Made by a program: the position numbers and the translations under genes. The notes beneath the pieces are model-generated. The model ran no database searches. It was not told the origin of the DNA and saw only the letters and a program-made list of their open reading frames with translations. DNA of 64,000 nucleotides from Tubulanus polymorphus (taxonomy: Eukaryota > Animalia > Nemertea), in assembly GCF_964204645.1 (NCBI RefSeq), contig NC_134029.1, positions 12,488,850 through 12,552,849 of the forward strand, written 5' to 3'. The stretch's first letter is position 1. Every line of letters starts with the position of its first letter. Shown piece by piece: positions 12,436-26,000 of the stretch.

Positions 12436-15400
12436 AATTGTCGCGGGCGATAAAACCAAACTAATGAATTGTCGCGGGCGATAAACAAAAATATTGAATT
12501 GTCGCGGGCAATAAAACCAAAATAATGAATTGTCTCGGGCGATAAAACCAAAATAATGAATTGTCTCGGGCGATAAAACCAAAATAATGAATTGTCGCGG
12601 GCGACAAAACCAAAATAATGAATTGTCGCGGGCGATAAAACAAAAATATTGAATTGTCGCGGGCAATAAAACCAAAATAATGAATTGTCTCAGGCGATAA
12701 AACCAAAATGATGAATTGTCTCGGGCGATAAAACCAAAATAATGAATTGTCGCGGGTGATAAAACCAAAATAATGAACTGTCTCGGGCGACAAAACCAAA
12801 ATAATGAACTGTCTCGGGCGACAAAACCAAAATAATGAATTGTTGCGGACGATAAAAACAAAATATTGAATTGTCGCGGGCGATAAAACCAAAATATTGA
12901 ATTGTCGCGGGCGACAAAACCAAAAAAAAAAAATTGTCGCGGGCGACAAAAACAAAGTATAAAACCAAAATAATGAATTATCGCGGGCGATAAAACCAAA
13001 ATAATGAATTTTCGCGGGCGACAAAACCAAAATAATGAATTGTCGCGGGCGACAAAACCAAAATAATGAATTGTCGCGGGCGATAAAACCAAAATATTGA
13101 ATTGTCGCGGGCGACAAAACCAAAAAAAAAATTGTCGGGCGATAAAACCAAAATAATGAATTATCGTGGGCGATAAAACCAAAATATTGAATTGTCGCGG
13201 GCGACAAAACCAAAATATTGAATTGTCGTGGGCGACAAAACAAACAAAAAATTGTCGCGGGCGACAAAAACAAAAAATAAAACCAAAATAATGAATTGTC
13301 GCGGGCGACAAAACCAAAATAATGAATTGTCGCAGGCGATAAAACCAAAATAATGAATTGTCTCGGGCCACAAAACCAAAATATTGAATTGTCACGGGCG
13401 ACAAAACAAAACAAAAATTGTCGCAGGCGACAAAAACAAAATATAAAACCAAAATATTGAATTGTCGCTGGCGATAAAACCAAAGTAATGAATTGTCGTG
13501 GGCGATAAAACCAAAATAATGAATTGTCTCTGGCGACAAAAACAAAATATTGAATTGTCACGTGCGACAAAACCAAAATAATGAATTGTCGCGGGCGACA
13601 AAACCAAAATAATGAATTGTTGCTGGCAATAAAACCAAAATAATGAATTGTCTCGTGCGACAAAACCAAAATAATGAATTGTCTCGGGCGACAAAACAAA
13701 AATAATGAATTGTCGCAGGCGATAAAACCAAAATAATGAATTATCGCGGGCGACAAAACCAAAATATTGAATTGTCGCGGGCAACAAAACCAAAAAAAAA
13801 ATTGTCGCGGACGACAAGAACAAAATATAAAACCAAAATAATGAATTGTCTCGGGCGACAAAACCAAAATAATGAATTGTCTCGCGCGACAAAACCAAAA
13901 TAATGAATTGTCGCGGGCCATAAAACCAAAATAATGAATTATCACGGGCGACAAAAACCAAAATATTGAATTGTCAAGGGCAATAAAACCAAAATAATGA
14001 ATTGTCGCGGGCGACAAAACCAAAATATTGAATTGTCGCGGGCGACAAAACCAAAAAAAAATTGTCGCGGGCGACAAAAACAAAATATAAAACCAAAATA
14101 ATGAATTGTCGTGGGCGATAAAACCAAAATAATGAATTGTCTCTGGCGACAAAAACAAAATATTGAATTGTCACGTGCGACAAAACCAAAATAATGAATT
14201 GTCGTGGGCGATAAAACCAAAATAATGAATTGTCTCTGGCGACAAAAACAAAATATTGAATTGTCACGTGCGACAAAACCAAAATAATGAATTGTCACGG
14301 GCGACAAAACCAAAATAATGAATTGTTGCGGGCAATAAAACCAAAATAATGAATTGTCTCGTGCGACAAAACCAAAATAATGAATTGTCTCGGGCGACAA
14401 AACCAAAATAGTGAATTGTCGAGGGCGATAAAACCAAAATAATGAATTATCGCGGGCGACAAAACCAAAATATTGAATTGTCGCGGGCAACAAAACCAAA
14501 AAAAAGTTGTCGCGGATGACAAGAACAAAATATAAAACCAAAATAATGAATTGTCTCGGGCGACAAAACCAAAATAATGAATTGTGTCGCGCGACAAAAC
14601 CAAAATAATGAATTGTCGCGGGCGATAAAACCAAAATAATGAATTATCGCGGGCGACAAAACCAAAATATTGAATTGTCGGGGGCAACAAAACCAAAAAA
14701 AAAATTGTCGCGGACGACAAGAACAAAATATAAAACCAAAATAATGAATTGTCTCGGGCGACAAAACCAAAATAATGAATTGTCTCGCGCGACAAAACCA
14801 AAATAATGAATTGTCGCGGGCCATAAAACCAAAATAATGAATTATCACGGGCGACAAAAACCAAAATATTGAATTGTCAAGGGCAATAAAACCAAAATAA
14901 TGAATTGTCGCGGGCGACAAAAACAAAATATTGAATTGTCACGTGCGACAAAACCAAAATAATGAATTGTCGCGGGCGACAAAACCAAAATAATGAATTG
15001 TTGCGGGCAATAAAACCAAAATAATGAATTGTCTCGTGCGACAAAACCAAAATAATGAATTGTCTCGGGCGACAAAACCAAAATAGTGAATTGTTGCGGG
15101 CGATAAAACCAAAATAATGAATTATCGCGGGCGAGAAAACCAAAGTAATGAATTGTCGTGGGCGATAAAACCAAAATAATGAATTGTCTCTGGCGACAAA
15201 AACAAAATATTGAATTGTCACGTGCGACAAAACCAAAATAATGAATTGTCGCGGGCGATAAAACCAAAAAATGAATTATCACGGGCGAAAAAACCAAAAT
15301 ATTGAATTGTCGCGGGCGATTAAACCAAACTAATGAATTGTCGCTGGAGATAAAACCAAAGTAATGAATTGTCGCGGACGATAAAACCAAAATATTGAAT

Positions 15401-18400
15401 TGTCCGAGCGACAAAACCAAACTAATGAATTGTTGCGGGCGACAAAACCAAAAAAAAAATTGTCGGGCGATAAAACCAAAATAATGAATTATCGTGGGCG
15501 ATAAAACCAAAATATTGAATTGTCGCGGGCGACAAAACCAAAATATTGAATTGTCGTGGGCGACAAAACAAACAAAAAATTGTCGCGGGCGACAAAAACA
15601 AAAAATAAAACCAAAATAATTAATTGTCGCGGGCGACAAAACCAAAATAATGAATTGTCGCAGGCGATAAAACCAAAATAATGAATTGTCTCGGGCGACA
15701 AAACCAAAATATTGAATTGTCACGGGCGACAAAACAAAACAAAAATTGTCGCAGGCGACAAAAACAAAATATAAAACCAAAATATTGAATTGTCGCTGGC
15801 GATAAAACCAAAGTAATGAATTGTCGTGGGCGATAAAACCAAAATAATGAATTGTCTCTGGCGACAAAAACAAAATATTGAATTGTCACGTGCGACAAAA
15901 CCAAAATAATGAATTGTCGCGGGCGACAAAACCAAAATAATGAATTGTTGCTGGCAATAAAACCAAAATAATGAATTGTCTCGTGCGACAAAACCAAAAT
16001 AATGAATTGTCTCGGGCGACAAAACCAAAATAATGAATTGTCGCAGGCGATAAAACCAAAATAATGAATTATCGCGGGCGACAAAACCAAAATATTGAAT
16101 TGTCGCGGGCAACAAAACCAAAAAAAAAAATTGTCGCGGACGACAAGAACAAAATATAAAACCAAAATAATGAATTGTCTCGGGCGACAAAACCAAAATA
16201 ATGAATTGTCTCGCGCGACAAAACCAAAATAATGAATTGTCGCGGGCCATAAAACCAAAATAATGAATTATCACGGGCGACAAAAACCAAAATATTGAAT
16301 TGTCAAGGGCAATAAAACCAAAATAATGAATTGTCGCGGGCGACAAAACCAAAATATTGAATTTTCGCGGGCGACAAAACCAAAAAAAAAATTGTCGCGG
16401 GCGACAAAAACAAAATATAAAACCAAAATAATGAATTATCACGGGCGACAAAAACCAAAATATTGAATTGTCAAGGGCAATAAAACCAAAATAATGAATT
16501 GTCGCGGGCGACAAAACCAAAATATTGAATTGTCGCGGGCGACAAAACCAAAAAAAAAATTGTCGCGGGCGACAAAAACAAAATATAAAACCAAAATAAT
16601 GAATTGTCACTGGCGATAAAACCAAAGTAATGAATTGTCGTGGGCGATAAAACCAAAATAATGAATTGTTGCGGGCAATAAAACCAAAATAATGAATTGT
16701 CTCGTGCGACAAAACAAAAATAATGAATTGTCTCGTGCGACAAAACCAAAATAATGAATTGTCTCGGGCGACAAAACCAAAATAATGAATTGTCGCGGGC
16801 GATAAAACCAAAATAATGAATTATCGCGGGCGACAAAACCAAAATATTGAATTGTCTCGTGCGACAAAACCAAAATAATGAATTGTCTTGGGCGACAAAA
16901 CCAAAATAATGAATTGTCGCGGGCGACAAAACCAAAATATTGAATTGTCGCGGGCGACAAAACCAAAAAAAAATTGTCGCGGGCAACAAAACCAAAAAAA
17001 AAATTGTCGCGGACGACAAGAACAAAATATAAAACCAAAATAATGAATTGTCTCGGGCGACAAAACCAAAATAATGAATTGTTGCGGGCAATAAAACCAA
17101 AATAATGAATTGTCTCGTGCGACAAAACCAAAATAATGAATTGTCGCGGGCGACAAAACAAAAATAATGAATTGTTGCGGGCGATAAAACCAAAATAATG
17201 AATTGTCTCGGGCGACAAAACCAAAATAATGAATTGTTGCGGGCGATAAAACCAAAATAATGGATTATCACGGGCGACAAAACCAAAATATTGAATTGTC
17301 GCGGGCAACAAAACAAAACAAAAAATTGTCGCGGACGACAAAAACAAAATATAAAACCAAAATAATGAATTGTCTCGGGCGACAAAACCAAAAAGAAGAA
17401 TTGTCGCGTGCGACAAAACCAATCTAATGAATTATCGCGGGCGACAAAACCAAAAAAAGAATTGTCGGGGCGACAAAACCAAAATATTGAATTGTCGCGG
17501 GCAACAAAACCAAAAAAAAAATTGTCGCGGACGACAAGAACAAAATATAAAACCAAAATAATGAATTGTCTCGGGCGACAAAACCAAAATAATGAATTGT
17601 CTCGTGCGACAAAACCAAAATAATGAATTGTCGCGGGCCATAAAACCAAAATAATGAATTATCACGGGCGACAAAAACCAAAATATTGAATTGTCAGGGG
17701 CGACAAAACCAAAATATTGAATTGTCGCGGGCAACAAAACCAAAAAAAAATTGTCGCGGGCGACAAAAACAAAATATAAAACCAAAATAATGAATTGTCG
17801 CGGGCGACAAAACCAAAAGAAGAATTGTCGCGGGCGACAAAACCAAAATAATGAATTGTCGCTGGAGATAAAACCAAAGCAATGAATTGTCGTGGGCGAT
17901 AAACCAAAATATTGAATTGTCGCGGGCGACAAAACCAAACTAATGAATTGTCGCGGGCGATAAAACCAAAATAATGAATCATCGCGGGCGACAAAACCAA
18001 AATATTGAATTGTCGCGGGCAACAAAACCAAAAAAAAAATTGTCGCAGCGACAAAACCAAAATAATGAATTGTCGCGGGCGACAAAACCAAAATGGTGAA
18101 TTGTCCAGGCAACAAAACCAAAATGGTGAATTGTCGCGGGCGATAAAACCAAAATAATGAATTGTCTCGGGCGACAAAACCAAAATAATGAATTATCGCG
18201 GGCGACAAAACCAAAATATTGAATTGTCGCGGTCAACAAAACCAAAAAAAAAATTGTCGCGGACGACAAAACAAAATATAAAACCAATCTAATGAATTGT
18301 CGCGGGCGACAAAACCAAAAAAAGAATTGTCGGGGCGACAAAACCAAAATAATGAATTGTCGCGGGCGATAAAACCAAAATAATGAATTGTCGCGGACGA

Positions 18401-19268
18401 CAAAACCCAAATGGTGATTTGTCGCGGGCGACAAAACCAAAATAATGAATTGTCGCAGGCGATAAAACCGTAATAATGAATTGTCGCGGGCGATAAAACC
18501 AAAATAATGAATTTTCTCGGGCGATAAAACCAAAATAATGAATTGTCCAGGCAACAAAACCAAAATGGTGAATTGTCGCGGGCGATAAAACCAAAATAAT
18601 GAATTATCGCGGGCGACAAAACCAAAATATTGAATCGTCGCAGGCAACAAAACCAAAAAAAAATTGTTGCGGACGACAAAAACAAAATATTAAAAGATAA
18701 TAATGAATTGTCTCGGGCGACAAAACCAAAATGAAGAATTGTCTCGTGCGATAAAACCAAAATAATGAATTGTCGCGGGCGATAAAACCAAAATAATGAA
18801 TAATCGCGGGCGACAAAACCAAAATATTGAATTGTCGCGGGCAACAAAACCGAACAAAAAATTGTTGCGGACGACAAAAACAAAATATTAAAAAATAATA
18901 ATGAATTGTCTCGGGCGACAAAACCAAAAAGATGAATTGTCGCGGGCGACAAAACCAAAATAATGAATTGTCGCTGGAGATAAAACCAAAGTAATGAATT
19001 GTTGCAGCCGATAAAACCAAAATATTGAATTGTCGCGGGCGACAAAACCAAAATATTGAACTGTCGCGGGCAACAAAACCAAACTAATGAATTGTCGCGG
19101 GCGACAAAACCAAAAAAAGAATTGTCGGGGCGAGAAAACCAAAATAATGAATTGTCGAGGGCGATAAAACCAAAGTAATGAATTGTCGTGGGCGATAAAA
19201 CCAAAATATTGAATTTTTCGCGGGCGACAAATCCAAAATATTGAATTTTCGCGGGCGACAAAATCAAA
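12436..19268. repeat. 31-bp satellite array 3 (~220 units) with higher-order duplications
   Basis: Same unit; near-identical variant blocks at offsets 903 and 2328. Confidence 0.98.
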
Positions 19269-19698
19269 ATCATTGTTTTCTCGCGTTATTTTAGTTTTGT
19301 CGTTTTGTCGTAATGTCGCCCTTATTTGCATATTCGTGTTTTTTTTATCTTATCAGCCACCATACTAAAGCCTTAAGGTCGTGTAAAACTCGATAAACAC
19401 TTCAAGCGACACAGCGAACGATCTCCTTTCCTCCACAGCGAACGCTTACTCCGAATGTCAAGTGTGAGTCCAGCCTACGGATAGGAGTGTGTTGTATACT
19501 TGTATTTAGTAAATACCTTGTGCATTTGACAATGATCGGTATGTACTGTAGGAAATATAGAGTATTGATGGTATTGATATAGAGGTTGAAGCCCGCGGCC
19601 GAATAAAGTAATATATTTTTTTATTTTGATACCTCGTCGACATAACAGCTTTTCTCCGCTATATCTCTTCGGCGTGTTTAGTTTAGGCCTACGACTCC

Positions 19699-20298
19699 TG
19701 TTGTGGGGGTCCTCTTCCCCAGTGTCCGGGTGACGTGTGTTGACCACCTGCGTTGTTTGCGTTTCACCAGCGTAGTTCCTTGGGTTCTTCTCATAAATTA
19801 ACTACAACTAGCTTCTTCTATGGATCCAGATCTTTATTCTTATACTCTCTTCTTACAATCTTCCTAGCACGTCCCCTCTAGTTCTAACCACTAGCTCAAC
19901 CGACGCAGCTCTACCGACCAAGCTTTCCGACCCCACTGCATTAAAACCCTCCCTTTTTATACTTATTCTTCCTTCGCTCGTGACGTATATTTCCACACCG
20001 CTTGGCCTCATCGCCAGAGACGTCTTATTCTATTACTACAGTCCTACTGGCCATGTAAATCATTTCTACGTGTGTTATACGTCACGAGCGCTAAATTTAT
20101 AACTCAACTTTCCAGAGCTCAAGGCTGCTGCTATAACAAGCTTTCCCACGTAGACACCCACGTCACTCTCACCTATCTTCTATGCTTCTCTCTTATGTGT
20201 GACGTAAGTATTCACGTAGGTCGCCTGCTAACCGCAACTACTGCCTTGAACTCCGGCTTATGTCCCACTGTCTAAATAGGTAATTTATTACTCCAATA
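19699..20298 (-). mobile_element. Solo LTR (600 bp)
   Basis: TGTTG...CAATA ends; 4-bp TSD CTCC (19695-19698, 20299-20302); empty site cgactccccggtac seen at 38751, 42785, 45984; minus-strand TATAAAA (~19955) and AATAAA (~19833). Confidence 0.8.
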
Positions 20299-20959
20299 CT
20301 CCCCGGTACACTTATGATTTATCTTAGTAAATACACAGTTAATTTGGTAAAGAAAAATAGGTATTGCTAAACTAACTGCTTGAAACCCGCAGCCAAATCA
20401 CTGGTAGTTATAAATTAATTTGTACTCGATTTGATTCCCGGAACGACGATGTAGTGACACACGTCGATTTGTCGATGTTTACGGCTCGACAGTGCTTTTA
20501 AAATCTAAAGTAGTAAATTTCCTGTGTATCAGTAATATAATTTGATGAGGAAAATGGGTTACTGTTAAAATTAGTTTTTAAAAACCGCGACAGAATGTGC
20601 AATCTTTCGGTAATAAATTTGTTAATTTATGCTTGAATTGATAATCGATGTGACAAGAAACGTGCGGTAGATTTCGGAAAGACGACTTAGAAAAACATGT
20701 CGGCTCTTTGAATGGGGCTCAATTTTCGATGTTTACGGCCCGACAGTGCTTTTGTAACGTTGATTCTTCAAAATTCGCACGGAGTATTTGTAGATCGAAC
20801 TGAGCTGAATGATATCAGACGGATTGTATCGGCAACAGCGGTAATGTAAAAAAGCCTATGTACTTTTGACAAAAAAGTGTGGAAAATAATAATAATAATA
20901 ATAATAAATATAGCTGCAAAGCAGCGATAACGGGTTTTCTGCACAGTCTTTGAATTCTG

Positions 20960-21320
20960 TTCAATGGTTAACACAGTTTTATAAGAGGAAGCTCGACAAA
21001 CAGTCAATTAGACCTTCTTGAAACCATGGACAACTGGACTTGATGTCCTATTTGACTCTGGAAAATCAACTGTTAGGCGATAATTACTCTTTATGATTTC
21101 GAAAAAGCATTTGATAAGGTACAACATCAGCCATTACTAAACAAGGCTATTAGGACACAGTATCAATGATAGGTTGCCGAAATGGCTCAGTATTATATCT
21201 GAACGAAAACTTGTAGCCGAAATCAACGGAACGCCTCATCTTGGAATAAGTAGGTCTAACTAGTGGAGTCACGCAAGGTAGTATCCTAAGTTGTCTTCTA
21301 ATGTCCTGACAAATGACATA
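20960..21320 (+). pseudogene. Decayed CR1/L2-type LINE reverse-transcriptase fragment
   Basis: Translates piecewise to DFEKAFDKVQHQPLLNK and LTSGVTQGSIL; shorter copies at ~10570-10800 and ~44070-44300. Confidence 0.75.
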
Positions 21321-21888
21321 CACAGTAATCCAAAGTGTACCAGACCGAGTAAATTTCCAAAACGACCTTAGCACGCTTTTCGACCAAAAAACTTAATGAT
21401 CCGACAAGAAAATCTTGTACGCCTTTTGTTTGAACCAAACTTTTCTTCATTCTGAAAGCTATGTTATTGTTGAAATGAAAAACTCTTTGTCCCGGCAAAA
21501 AAATTTGGTTGTGCGAAAACAATTTTTTCGAACGAACGTTTGAATGAAAACAATTTTGTTCGATTGAACAAAATACCTAATACTTTTGGTTCAGAGAAAA
21601 AACTTTTTACAATATACTTGTTCGAACGAAAAACTTTATGTTCTGACAAGAAAATTCTGTTCAAATTAAAACGTTTCTGTTAGATCGAACGATTGTTCGA
21701 ACGAAAAAACCATTTGTTTCAATAAAAAAGTTTGTTCAACTTTGTTCTAACGATTTTTTCAAATTGGTTCAATCGAACAGAATATTATTGGTTCGAACGA
21801 AATAAATTTTATTCCGTAAAAAGAATTTACAAGCGAATGGTCTTTTGAACGAGAAAAAAGATATTTCTGGGGCTCCGCAGTAACTCAA

Positions 21889-22215
21889 AGCCGGACGTAC
21901 ATTGGCCTTGTGACGCGATGCGATCCTCGCGTTGCATCGCAAGTTTCGGTTCAAATCGGTTGCGATACTATTGTCAGCGATTGTGTGCGACTAGGTTCTG
22001 CCAGTCGCAAGAGCACGTAGGTCGGTTGTGACAGGCGTGTCGCGTCGCAGAAAGTAGAACACGTGCGACTCCTTGTCACTGGCGTTGCTGACAGTCACAA
22101 CCTGTCGCAAGGGAGCGTAGGTCGATGAGTCGTTGCGACACAATCGTCGCTGGTGGTCGCAGTGAATGGCCTCGTAATGAGTCACAAGCCGCTGCAAGGC
22201 CGACCCACCCCGGCT
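21889..22215. mobile_element. PIF/Harbinger-like MITE
   Basis: AGCCGG...CCGGCT ends with imperfect ~25-bp TIRs; flanked by caa/taa (taa/taa in the 44927 copy). Confidence 0.6.
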
Positions 22216-22674
22216 TAAGTCGTAGGAATTAAAGAAATACCAGTTTCATTTTTGATGAAAAAACTCAAATGAAAAGTCTGGCTAATAAAGCTGTCTGCTC
22301 GGACGAAATTTTCAAAAAAATCTTCATTTTTGTCAATAAAATTGATAATTGTGATTGATCGTTGCAAGTCAGAACCAGTAAACCACTAATTAACATGCAC
22401 TTTAATAAATCTGATTCCTGCTTAACAGTGAACTTAGCTTTAACCTAGTAGAGGCTACTAGCCTATGTAGGCCTATGTATATGCGTAGGCCTAACATCCG
22501 GACAGATTGGTCGTGGGCCTATTGAATAACAACCCTCCTAAATGTCTAGAATTTTGTTTTGAAGTTCAATCCAATGAGTGCGTTAATAAACGCAACAATT
22601 ATTCTGTGTTTGTTTGAGACAGTAAAGCTCAATACCGGTAGGCCTAAAGCCACGTAAAACTCGATAAACACTTC

Positions 22675-23019
22675 AGTAATAGGGAATATGTTGTTTCATA
22701 CCAAAGGTCGAAAGGTCGAGCTCATAAAAAATAAAAAATAAATTCTCGCAAACTCGAATTTATTTTTTATTTTTTACTCACTCGCCCCTTCAACCTTTGA
22801 TATGAAACAACATATTCCCTATTACTCTTAAAATATTCATATATATGAATAAAATATAAATGAATAACTTCTAAAATCAATTTTAATAAAAAATTTGATA
22901 TTAAAATGGAAGCAAATAAGTACTACTGCCCAACATGTAATATCAATATAGATAAATCCCAAAAAGCAAGACACAATAAAACTAAAACACATTTAGATAA
23001 TAAATTGAAACTAGAATAT
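22675..23019 (+). repeat. Left TIR of B (~345 bp); first 152 bp palindromic
   Basis: Reverse complement of 38113-38456; extends through codon 38 of pol. Confidence 0.95.
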
Positions 23020-26000
23020 AAAGATGATATATTAGAAACTAAATTAGATGAATTAAAGAATGAAAAAGAAACATACAAATGTGATACATGTAATCAATCA
23101 TTCAGTGATAAAAGATATTATAAAGAACATTTAAAATCTAAAAGTCATATTAGAAATAAAAATAATGATATTTTAGGTGAAGATTATTTTGATAAAGATA
23201 ATGATAAGAAACAGAAGACAATTAAAAGCATAAAAAATAAATTAAACAATAAAAGACCATACATGGAAGATGTAAGAAAATATATTAATTCATTAGATAA
23301 TAAAAAAGATATTGAGATAACCGAAGCATTTAAAAGTGATATTGGTCCAGCAGCTATCGAGTTTAAATTTCATAAAGGAAAAACATTAGAAGAAAATAAA
23401 AAACATTTAGAAAATATGAAAGAAATAATAAAAATAATAACTGATGTTGAATATCCTAAAATTAGTATATCAGTTAAAGTAAAGTTTATAAAATCTGAAA
23501 ATAAACCAATATATAATATAAATTCTCATTCACAACATATTATATCAAAACAACATATAGATGAAAAATTAGATAAATGTTATAATGAAGTAAAAACTGA
23601 AATAGAAGAAAAATATTTTGAAGGATCTGGTTTAATATTTGATGAAATAATATTTATGACTTTACATGTGTATAACACAAAATATAATAAGTTAACTAAA
23701 TCGAAACCAATAGATGAAAATAATGTATCATATTATAAAGAACCAGATATTGAAGCATCAAATTATATTAAACTACCATTTAAAACTAATGTTGTTATAA
23801 ATTTTGATAAATGTTTTCTATGGACAATTATAAGTTGCTTACATCTAACAGAAGATATTACACATAGTTTTAGATTAACTCATTATAAACCATTTGAAAA
23901 TAATTATAAGATAGATAAGTATCCTGTTATAATTAAAAACATCCCAAAAATAGAAAGAGATAATAATATAAAGATAAATGTATTTGATTTAATCAAATTA
24001 CCAAATACAAAAGGTAACAATATAAAACATTATACATTTGAACCTTTATACCTATCAAAAGATTATGATTCAAATGATGTTATAGATATACTATATTATG
24101 AGAATCATTATATGTGGATTAAACAAATAGATTTATTTTTTAAATCAGAAAATGATTATACTCGTAAAATATATCTATGTAGAAAATGTTTACATAAATT
24201 CAGTAATGAAAGTGCATTATTAAATCATAAACAATTATGTGATAATCACGATTATTGTAAATTAGTTTTACCAAATGAAAAAGATAAAATATTAGAATTA
24301 AAAAAATATGATTACAAAAATAAAGTTCCATTTGTTATATATGGAGATTTTGAATCATTAAATAAAGAACTAACTGATCAAGATAGAAAAGAAATATATT
24401 ATAAGAGAAAGAAATTAAATTCTAATGAAAATGATTATTCTGAAGAACCACCAAAAACAAATACTATTAAAAAGATTCATCAATCAGCTGCAGCTTTCGG
24501 GTTATATATAAAATCTGATTATCCAGAACTAATTGAAAGTGAATATTATCATTATAGAAATGAAAATGTTATCAATCATTTTTGTGACTTATTAATTGAA
24601 TATGAAATAAGATTTAGTAAATTATTGAATACAAATATAGAAATTATAATGACAGAAGAAGATAAAGAAGCATTTGCGTTTGCAGATAAATGTTATTATT
24701 GTGAAAAGATATTTAATTATAAAGATAAAAAAGTAAGAGACCATGATCATTTGAATGGAAAGTTTAGAGGCGCTGCACATGAGAATTGTAACTTACAAGC
24801 TGAGAAAATTAACTTTGTGCCAGTTATATTTCATAATCTATCAGGATATGATGCACATTTATTCATCAAACAGTTATGCCATAAAATAGAAGAAATCAAT
24901 AATGAAATAGAAATATTAAATTCAAATAGATCAAAAGATAAAATACCAACTTATAAATTTAGAATGTTAGCTAAAACATCTGAGAATTATATATCATTCC
25001 AATTTGGTTGCCTAAGATTTATAGATTCATATAGATTTTTAAATAGTTCATTAGATAACTTATCAAAATCATTAGTTGATGATGAATTAAAGATACTAAA
25101 AGAATATTACCCAAATATTGATGATTTTAAATTAATGAGATATAAAGGTGCAATTCCATATTCATTTTATAAATCACATAATGATTTTAACATAACTGAA
25201 TTATTGAAAGAACAATTCTATGATGAATTAAAAAATGAATATGTTAAAGATGAAGTCTATAATAGAACATTGAATATTTGGAATCATTTCAAAATAGAAA
25301 ATCATGGGCAATTAGTAGATTTATATCTAAAATCAGATGTATTATTATTAACCGATATATTCGAAAGGTTTAGAGATGTAAACCTAAAATATTTTAATAT
25401 TGATCCTTGTCATTGTTATTCATCACCAGGTTTAACGTGGGATTGTGGATTAAAATATACAGATATAAAAATGGATTTGTTAACAAATATAGATCAATTA
25501 CTATTATTTGAAAAATCTATAAGAGGAGGAGTTTCAGGTGTATTAGGTGATAGGTATTTCAATGTAAATGATAACCCTGGATATAAATTATTATAAATAG
25601 ATGCAAATAATTTGTATGGTTGGGCAATGATGGAACCACAACCTTATGGAGTATTTGAATTAACTGAAGTTTTACAGAATGAAAATAATTATAAATTTGA
25701 TTGGAAGAAAAGAATTCTAGATATTGCAGATGATTCAGATACTGGTTACTTCTTTGTTGTAGACTTAGAATATCCTGAACATATTAAATTTAAATCTAGA
25801 AATCTAGCATACTGTCCCGAACATAAAACTGTAACTCATGAAGAATTATCAAATTACCAAAAAAGAATTAAACCCGAAAATCATATTCATACAGAAAAGT
25901 TAATGGTAACTCAAGAAGATAAATATAATTATGTAGTACATTACAGAATGTTAAAGTTTTATCTAAAACAAGGAATGATTCTAAAAAAAGTACATAGATA

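Noticed and set aside
12436-19268. CRISPR array suggested by 31-bp palindromic repeats
   Set aside because: Units are contiguous with no unique spacers, no cas genes, and the context is eukaryotic.
7594-19331. Long hydrophobic minus-strand ORFs (VLSPATIHYFGFIARDNSLFWF)
   Set aside because: The stop-free 31-bp unit reads open in all three frames; same for 40999-42373.
25594-25596. Programmed readthrough or alternative genetic code in pol
   Set aside because: C has TAT here and TAA ends most genes; a point mutation is simpler.
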